IMG/VR virus record: IMGVR_UViG_3300007963_000001
Source of the DNA: an uncultured virus (IMG/VR IMGVR_UViG_3300007963_000001)
Taxonomy: Duplodnaviria > Heunggongvirae > Uroviricota > Caudoviricetes
DNA length: 64,000 bases
Direction: 5' to 3' (one strand)
A model generated the notes under the pieces. It saw nothing but the letters and a program-made list of their open reading frames with translations, was not told where the DNA came from and did no database searches. The translations under genes were made by a program, and so were the position numbers. This document shows, one piece after another, positions 58,706-64,000 of the stretch. Every line of letters starts with the position of its first letter. Position 1 is the stretch's first letter.

Positions 58706-58724
58706 ATAATTACCTAACGAAATT

Positions 58725-58758
58725 GGGGGGTCGCCTTCGGGCGACTCCCCTTTTTTTT
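58725..58758 (+). terminator. CTTCGG-loop hairpin plus T-tract
   Basis: ggggggtcgc-cttcgg-gcgactcccc-T8. Confidence 0.82.
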
Positions 58759-58799
58759 GTTTTCAAATCGCAACCATATTGACCCCCGACTAATCAGAT

Positions 58800-60323
58800 G
58801 TGTCCGTGAGCGATGCTCTGAGTGTTAGATTAACGGCGGCACAGGCAAGAGAGATTGCAATATATCCCGATAGGTGGGCGCAGTATTTTCGCACCATCAA
58901 TGGGAAGCCATTCAGCCTCCATTTGCGACCATACCTGATTGAGATTTACAGGCACTTCCAACCCAGCAAAAAATCGGGCAAAACCAAGATGATTATTCTC
59001 AAGTGTAGTAGGAAGGTTGAGAAAACTGAAACCATCTGTAATTTGCTCATGTATGGACTCCTGAACATACCATACTTCAACGCAGTCTATACTGCCCCAA
59101 GACAACCGCAGGTGAGTAGGTTTGTCGATGAGAGATTCAATGGTGCGCTGATGTCCAGCATCAATGGTGGATGCCTCATGAAACCGAGAGTCAAGACCTC
59201 CGTGAGTCATCAGACATTCAATGTCGGCGCGAGGTCGCTGAACCACCTGTATGCTTACTCAAATTGGGGAGATGCACATGGTCTGTTAGGTATCGAAGCC
59301 GACATGGTGTGTATTGACGAATATCAGGATTCGGGCGCAGATGTTCTGCCCATGCTTGTCGAGATGTTGGCACTATCAGAATACAAGTGGGTTCTCGTCA
59401 GTGGAACGGCGAGAGAACAGGGTTCTGACTTTTGGAAACTTTGGGAGAAATCCAGCAAGGGAGAATGGACTGGAAATGAGTGGGTTCATGGAGATTCTGA
59501 TGATGACATAATTGGATATCACATCAGTCAGAAAATGCACCCTGAGATTACGGATGAAGATATCCAAATGAAGAAGGCAACTTACACACCTCGCAGATAT
59601 GCAAACGAAGTTCTTGGAGAGTTCTTTGCTGGTTCGACAAAACCTCTGACTTTCGATGAGGCATTACGGGCTGTCGACACCGACAGGAAGATTCTGAGAT
59701 TTGTGGAAGCACCGGAAGAAACTGTGATGGGTGTTGATTGGGGGAATCAAACCACAGTTGTCATCATGAGGAAAAACGGGGAGATAGTGAATTGCCTCAA
59801 GTTGGATTCAAGAGCCGATTTTGAAAATGATGAAGTTGAGGAAATCAAGAATCTGATTGAGAGATACAATTGTGTCCAAGTCGTCTGTGATATCGGGTAT
59901 GGGGCAAGACAGGTCAAAGAACTCCAAAGGCAATATGGAGAGATGGTCAAATCTTGCTATTATTCCAGCCGACCATTGACTCCATTCCAATACAAAAAAA
60001 GAGATAACAATAGGAATCTGATTTACATGGCTGTTGTCGACAGAACATCCTACATTGAATCAACCATCGAGGCAATCAAAAATGAGGAAATATCCCTTCC
60101 ATACAAAACGACAGATTTGGAATGGGTTTTGCATGAATGGACATCTTTGAACTCATCATCAGAACAGGATGAACAGAACATGAGGCCAATTCATTCTCAG
60201 AGCAAGACAAAGTTCGGCAGAGATGGTGATGACCACGCTTTCCATGCTTTGCTCTATGCGAGGTTGGCTATTGGATTCGATGAAGATAGTGGATTGCCCC
60301 AAATTGGGGTGTTTGGCGACTAA
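58800..60323 (+). CDS. terL: Terminase large subunit
   Basis: KCSRKVEKTE Walker A variant, CIDEYQD Walker B, SGT, MGVDWG, DIGYG, DDHAFHA. Confidence 0.92.
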   Translation: MSVSDALSVRLTAAQAREIAIYPDRWAQYFRTINGKPFSLHLRPYLIEIYRHFQPSKKSGKTKMIILKCSRKVEKTETICNLLMYGLLNIPYFNAVYTAPRQPQVSRFVDERFNGALMSSINGGCLMKPRVKTSVSHQTFNVGARSLNHLYAYSNWGDAHGLLGIEADMVCIDEYQDSGADVLPMLVEMLALSEYKWVLVSGTAREQGSDFWKLWEKSSKGEWTGNEWVHGDSDDDIIGYHISQKMHPEITDEDIQMKKATYTPRRYANEVLGEFFAGSTKPLTFDEALRAVDTDRKILRFVEAPEETVMGVDWGNQTTVVIMRKNGEIVNCLKLDSRADFENDEVEEIKNLIERYNCVQVVCDIGYGARQVKELQRQYGEMVKSCYYSSRPLTPFQYKKRDNNRNLIYMAVVDRTSYIESTIEAIKNEEISLPYKTTDLEWVLHEWTSLNSSSEQDEQNMRPIHSQSKTKFGRDGDDHAFHALLYARLAIGFDEDSGLPQIGVFGD

Positions 60324-60331
60324 ATCTTACG

Positions 60332-60420
60332 GATATCAATAAAACGCTATCTGAGCCGTTTTGTTGGTGTAGTGGTAGGTATTGACCTGAAAGGCAAAAG
60401 GGTCGCTCTATGGGCTTCTA
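60332..60420. repeat. Dispersed ~90-bp element, copy 5
   Basis: gatatcaataaaacgctatctgagcc...gtggtaggtattgacctg (core inverted relative to copies 1 and 3). Confidence 0.7.
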
Positions 60421-60641
60421 AATGGCCTTAAATCGGAAAATTGGGCTTCTGACACAGTTCGGCTGGGGATTCTGAGGTAGGAATGGTCAGAATGGGCGTT
60501 TTTTGATTGAATCTAACTGCGTCTGTTGTGATAGTGAAATTATGTCACCAGTGACAAAATCTGCTGGGGTCACAAAAACGACCTGTCGAGTTCGACACAG
60601 AGCAAATCGAAATCGACACGGTTTTTCAGAGAAAAAAAATC

Positions 60642-60926
60642 TCAATCGTGTTCGATTAGAATATCACAAGTTGCACTATTCAGAGTTAGAACGCAAATCA
60701 ATCCGGCTGGGAAGAATAGAGAAGCAAAACCGTATGCGACTGCACCCTGAGCAAGAGTGAATGTATGAACGAGATTTGCGGCGACAACATCACCCACAAC
60801 TTTGCCGTTGTATAGTTTCAAAGTTGCCGCAGAATTAGTTGTGTTTCCAGCAATGGAAAGTAGGTTGGTTGGTGCTACTGAAACGAAGTTGTTTCCAGCA
60901 GACAAACTGAACGCACGATTGCCCAT
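60642..60926 (-). CDS. Small beta-rich protein, possibly virion-associated
   Basis: 94 aa; class-III-like TTTAACCCC upstream. Confidence 0.6.
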   Translation of the reverse strand: MGNRAFSLSAGNNFVSVAPTNLLSIAGNTTNSAATLKLYNGKVVGDVVAANLVHTFTLAQGAVAYGFASLFFPAGLICVLTLNSATCDILIEHD

Positions 60927-60934
60927 AATTCCGT

Positions 60935-61144
60935 TCAGGCTGATTTGGGGTTAAAGAGCAAATTGGTGTAATCCCATTCGATACCAATTGAGTATTCATC
61001 GAACACACATGGGCAGTGCGACCTGTCATCATCCTCGCCGGAGATGAAGGCGGGGAGGCCACAGGCCACACATACACCATGAGTGTCGGTTATCTTCATC
61101 AGAGCAACTCTCCTGATGTTGATTGTAGTTTGAGTTCTGACCAC
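60935..61144 (-). CDS. Small Cys-containing protein (true start probably at MKITD near 61099)
   Basis: CVAC...CPC. Confidence 0.5.
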   Translation of the reverse strand: MVRTQTTINIRRVALMKITDTHGVCVACGLPAFISGEDDDRSHCPCVFDEYSIGIEWDYTNLLFNPKSA

Positions 61145-62253
61145 TCGTCAAGAGCAGACCTTGCCAAGTCCTCATCATCGAAGGTCATGATGACCTCGTT
61201 GGTGTCCAAATCGACCACTGCCCACTGTCCACCCTCAAGAAGCATAACCATCCTTGATACGGCATTCTCCATCTCAGCCTCGATAGCCTTTGCAGACTTC
61301 TTGCCGTGAGGTAGTTTTCCGTTCTTTGCACAGGTTGCCCCATAGCCGTGAACCAATGACTCAGGAGTGGATAGAGGAAGTCCACAGAAGCAACAGAATC
61401 CTGACCTGCGGCCAAGTCTGCGAACAGTTGCGATTGGGTCAATCTTGAGCGACTCCAAAACAATCTGAACATCAACTGGAAGGTTGAGTGTAGGAGTCAT
61501 AGTTCCCATGCCTCTGAGGACTGTTCCTCTCTTGACTGCCTTGCCCTGTTGGAGATATCTCTTACTGTCCTGAGAGTATGCTCTCTCGGCCTCTGTGATA
61601 GTCAAGAAGTGGGTATCATCGAGGTGAGTTGTTGTGTGTCCATTCACATCGACTGAGGTAGTCTTGCGAGTGGTCTTGGTTGGCCTTACTACGAGTTCCC
61701 TCTGATATGGATTGAATGTTTCAACACCCTTCGTTCCCCATCGTGGAACTTGAGGGTCAGGTGCTTCCTCAGTGTCAGCCTCGACAACAAGGGTGATTGC
61801 TGGCCTCTTGAGAGGTCGGCCATTCTCACTTCCCTCAAACTGGTCGAACAGTTCCACGACTGCTTCCCAACCATCTTGCTTTGCGGCTTCGTCAGGAGTA
61901 GCGGCACTGCCCCTGTCAGTCAACTTACGAACCCAAATGAGTTGCTTTGGAGAGCATCTTCCATACCTATCCCAAGAACTGATTAGGTCGTGTGCAAACT
62001 TCGCATCCCTTGCGTCAAGAGAATCGACAACTGCCCTCAGTTTATCCACATCGGGATTGGGTCGAGTCACTGGTGCTTGACCGAGTTTCTTGACCCAGTG
62101 CATTTGCCCACTGGATAATTTGCCTTTGGAGTTGAACTGGTCGAGTAAGGATTGGGCGAATCCCAAGTCCTTTCCGGCTACCTGTCCAGCGTCTATCGCA
62201 TCGTTTAGTGCTTGTATGTCGGGGTGTGAGTGTCCTGATACAGTCGTCATCAA
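61099..62253 (-). CDS. DUF6011-like zinc-finger protein with duplicated N-terminal module
   Basis: GFCCFCGLPLSTPESLVHGYGATC; two FA..L......G..S..Q..WV.KL repeats. Confidence 0.78.
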   Translation of the reverse strand: MMTTVSGHSHPDIQALNDAIDAGQVAGKDLGFAQSLLDQFNSKGKLSSGQMHWVKKLGQAPVTRPNPDVDKLRAVVDSLDARDAKFAHDLISSWDRYGRCSPKQLIWVRKLTDRGSAATPDEAAKQDGWEAVVELFDQFEGSENGRPLKRPAITLVVEADTEEAPDPQVPRWGTKGVETFNPYQRELVVRPTKTTRKTTSVDVNGHTTTHLDDTHFLTITEAERAYSQDSKRYLQQGKAVKRGTVLRGMGTMTPTLNLPVDVQIVLESLKIDPIATVRRLGRRSGFCCFCGLPLSTPESLVHGYGATCAKNGKLPHGKKSAKAIEAEMENAVSRMVMLLEGGQWAVVDLDTNEVIMTFDDEDLARSALDEWSELKLQSTSGELL

Positions 62254-62297
62254 GTGCCGTCAGGCGAGGCATTGGCTATCAATGCTTTGTTTTCTGA

Positions 62298-62445
62298 CTA
62301 ACTCGGATTGTGTATCGAGTGGGCTGGATTCCGAAGTTGCAGTCATGCCTTCACCTGCCTGATGAGTGAGCATATTTTGGAATCCTGTGAGTAGCGAATT
62401 GGGATGCACTTTCTCACGCCACAGTTCTCGCACAATCCGAGTTAG
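62298..62445. ncRNA. Candidate structured RNA or inverted-repeat element
   Basis: Perfect 15-bp terminal IR ctaactcggattgtg/cacaatccgagttag plus nested helices. Confidence 0.5.
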
Positions 62446-62447
62446 GA

Positions 62448-62930
62448 TTACTCCGCAAATGGGTTGCGCTTACGCTCGGCCATCCTTGCCTCTCTCTCGA
62501 CTCTTGCCTCTGCTCTGCGAGCATCGTCTGCTCTGCGCTTCTGCGCTCTATCCCACCTGACCTTGCCGACATCAACACAGGCATCGACAACAACCTGAAT
62601 CACTGGGTCGTTTGGATTATCAAAGTGGATTGCCCATTGGAATCCACGCTTGGTTAAATCGACATCATCAATTCGGATATCATCAGCCGATACAGTTGGT
62701 CTGATTATCGACCATGCATCTTCCTTAATCCAAATGGATGCACCACCACCTGCTGACCCATAGATTGCCGCGATTCTTTGGTATGAACCATCAAGGGAGA
62801 TTGCAGTGTATTTGACTGCCCCAGCCCTCTTGTCATCACCCACACAATCATGTGCATGGAATGCGTTCATGATGGCTGTCTTTGTCATTGCCTTAATTTC
62901 TGCTTTTGTGTATTCACTCATTGCTCTCAA
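62448..62930 (-). CDS. Hypothetical protein
   Basis: 160 aa with charged C-terminal helix; class-II promoter upstream. Confidence 0.75.
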   Translation of the reverse strand: MRAMSEYTKAEIKAMTKTAIMNAFHAHDCVGDDKRAGAVKYTAISLDGSYQRIAAIYGSAGGGASIWIKEDAWSIIRPTVSADDIRIDDVDLTKRGFQWAIHFDNPNDPVIQVVVDACVDVGKVRWDRAQKRRADDARRAEARVEREARMAERKRNPFAE

Positions 62931-63502
62931 TCCTTCCCTGATATTCCCACCGTTATGAAGGAATAGGTTTCTGAGTAATTTCCATCATTGAATAATTTGC
63001 AACATTTGGTGCAAGCAGATTCAGAACCCAAACGCCGTTTTCGATACACCACCTGATTGCAATTTCGACATTTGTATTTCAGAAGTCGCCCTGCTCGATA
63101 TTCATGTTGCTGAATCTTCTTCACGAACCTCTTTCGATGAGTCAGATATTCCTCATATCTCCACCAGTCTTTTTCGACATCTCGGAACTCTCCACGATGA
63201 CCAACTTCTGCGCCCAAAGACAGGTGCAACAATTCATGATGCAATAGACCCTTGAGAAGCAAAGGATGAGCATAGTCAAAGGCGAGTTTGTGAATGGATA
63301 GAGTTGGTGGATTGAAGGACACCGATGCGAGTGTTCTCACTGTTCCTTTCTTGAGGTATCGAAGGCGAAGCCACTTCGTTCCATGAGGCAACCCACCGAA
63401 GATATCGTTTCTTTCGATTCGGAGTTCTCGATAAACTTCCCGAAGTCGAATCAAATCCTCAACAGAAATTGGATTGGTAAGTGTCGAACTCGACATCATC
63501 AT
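62927..63502 (-). CDS. SprT-like zinc metalloprotease
   Basis: LLHHELLHL...GHRGEF, YKCRNC...CTKC. Confidence 0.85.
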   Translation of the reverse strand: MMMSSSTLTNPISVEDLIRLREVYRELRIERNDIFGGLPHGTKWLRLRYLKKGTVRTLASVSFNPPTLSIHKLAFDYAHPLLLKGLLHHELLHLSLGAEVGHRGEFRDVEKDWWRYEEYLTHRKRFVKKIQQHEYRAGRLLKYKCRNCNQVVYRKRRLGSESACTKCCKLFNDGNYSETYSFITVGISGKD

Positions 63503-63675
63503 TCACCTCCATCTGAGATTTCCACGAAACTCTCGATTGCAAAAACTTCGATGTTTTCACCAACCCTTCGATATGCAAAAGTCAGACTTGGGTTGGCAAA
63601 CAGAATAATCTGCATTTGCCTTCCAAACTCAAGTGGGTTCATTGACGCTGGGAATGTCCACTGGGGGTATCTCAC
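63499..63675 (-). CDS. Small hypothetical protein (GTG start inferred)
   Basis: In-frame GTG 17 nt below the class-II motif; ATGA overlap with the SprT-like gene. Confidence 0.55.
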   Translation of the reverse strand: MRYPQWTFPASMNPLEFGRQMQIILFANPSLTFAYRRVGENIEVFAIESFVEISDGGE

Positions 63676-63705
63676 AATACGAGTGGAGAATCCCACCTAT
63701 ATCAA

Positions 63706-64000
63706 CTACGAAATGAACCGGATTATCCCATCTGCAATGGCTGTTTTCAATTCAACCGTATCACAGATTCTTCCTTCCTTAGTTGCACCCACTGGAAGAA
63801 CCGCATAGAGCAGAGCATCTCCAAACACTTCCATCGTCAGATTTGTTTCGTTATCGACAGTGCCGTTGACCACAAATATGTAGTCAGCCGTGAATCCATT
63901 ATCGTTCTCAATTCTCTTGTCTATGACAGTGCCATTGAACCATTGACATTCACCATCTTCCCAAAAAGGAACTAAGCGGGCTGGCAATGGAGGCATGAGA
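63706..64000 (-). CDS. Hypothetical protein, probably 5'-truncated
   Basis: ORF reaches the window edge. Confidence 0.55.
   Translation of the reverse strand, partial: LMPPLPARLVPFWEDGECQWFNGTVIDKRIENDNGFTADYIFVVNGTVDNETNLTMEVFGDALLYAVLPVGATKEGRICDTVELKTAIADGIIRFIS

Noticed and set aside
62360..62400. Hammerhead ribozyme suggested by CTGATGA
   Set aside because: No stem II followed by GAAA could be built
1..64000. tRNA/rRNA genes, integrase, transposase, inteins
   Set aside because: None recognised by eye; a tRNAscan/HMM run is needed to exclude them

Overview
This window looks like part of a tailed dsDNA archaeal virus genome (HK97-fold capsid, probably siphovirus-like). The archaeal-type replisome and a secreted protein with Marine Group II-style repeats fit a magrovirus (Poseidoniales virus), though the host is inferred. 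Most genes are on the minus strand. The replication/recombination block (~11-33 kb) holds PolB with a PIP box, a PCNA-like clamp, RFC small and large-like subunits, a PriS-PriL fused primase, an XPF nuclease, a PD-(D/E)xK nuclease, a Sak4-like ATPase, an SSB and two helicases. The morphogenesis block (~33-60 kb) holds tail genes, tape measure, a frameshifted chaperone, capsid, protease, portal-MuF and terminase. A >2000-aa tail fibre runs off the left end and is missing from the ORF track. The most striking signals are cis-acting: (1) at least 35 exact copies of the palindrome TGTCG-N4-CGACA spread across the window, mostly inside genes; (2) three distinct promoter classes, one with 3-nt-loop hairpins of differing sequence centred on the start codon; (3) five dispersed ~90-bp inverted-repeat elements; (4) a ~150-nt structured-RNA candidate. 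All calls come from reading motifs by eye; no database searches were run.
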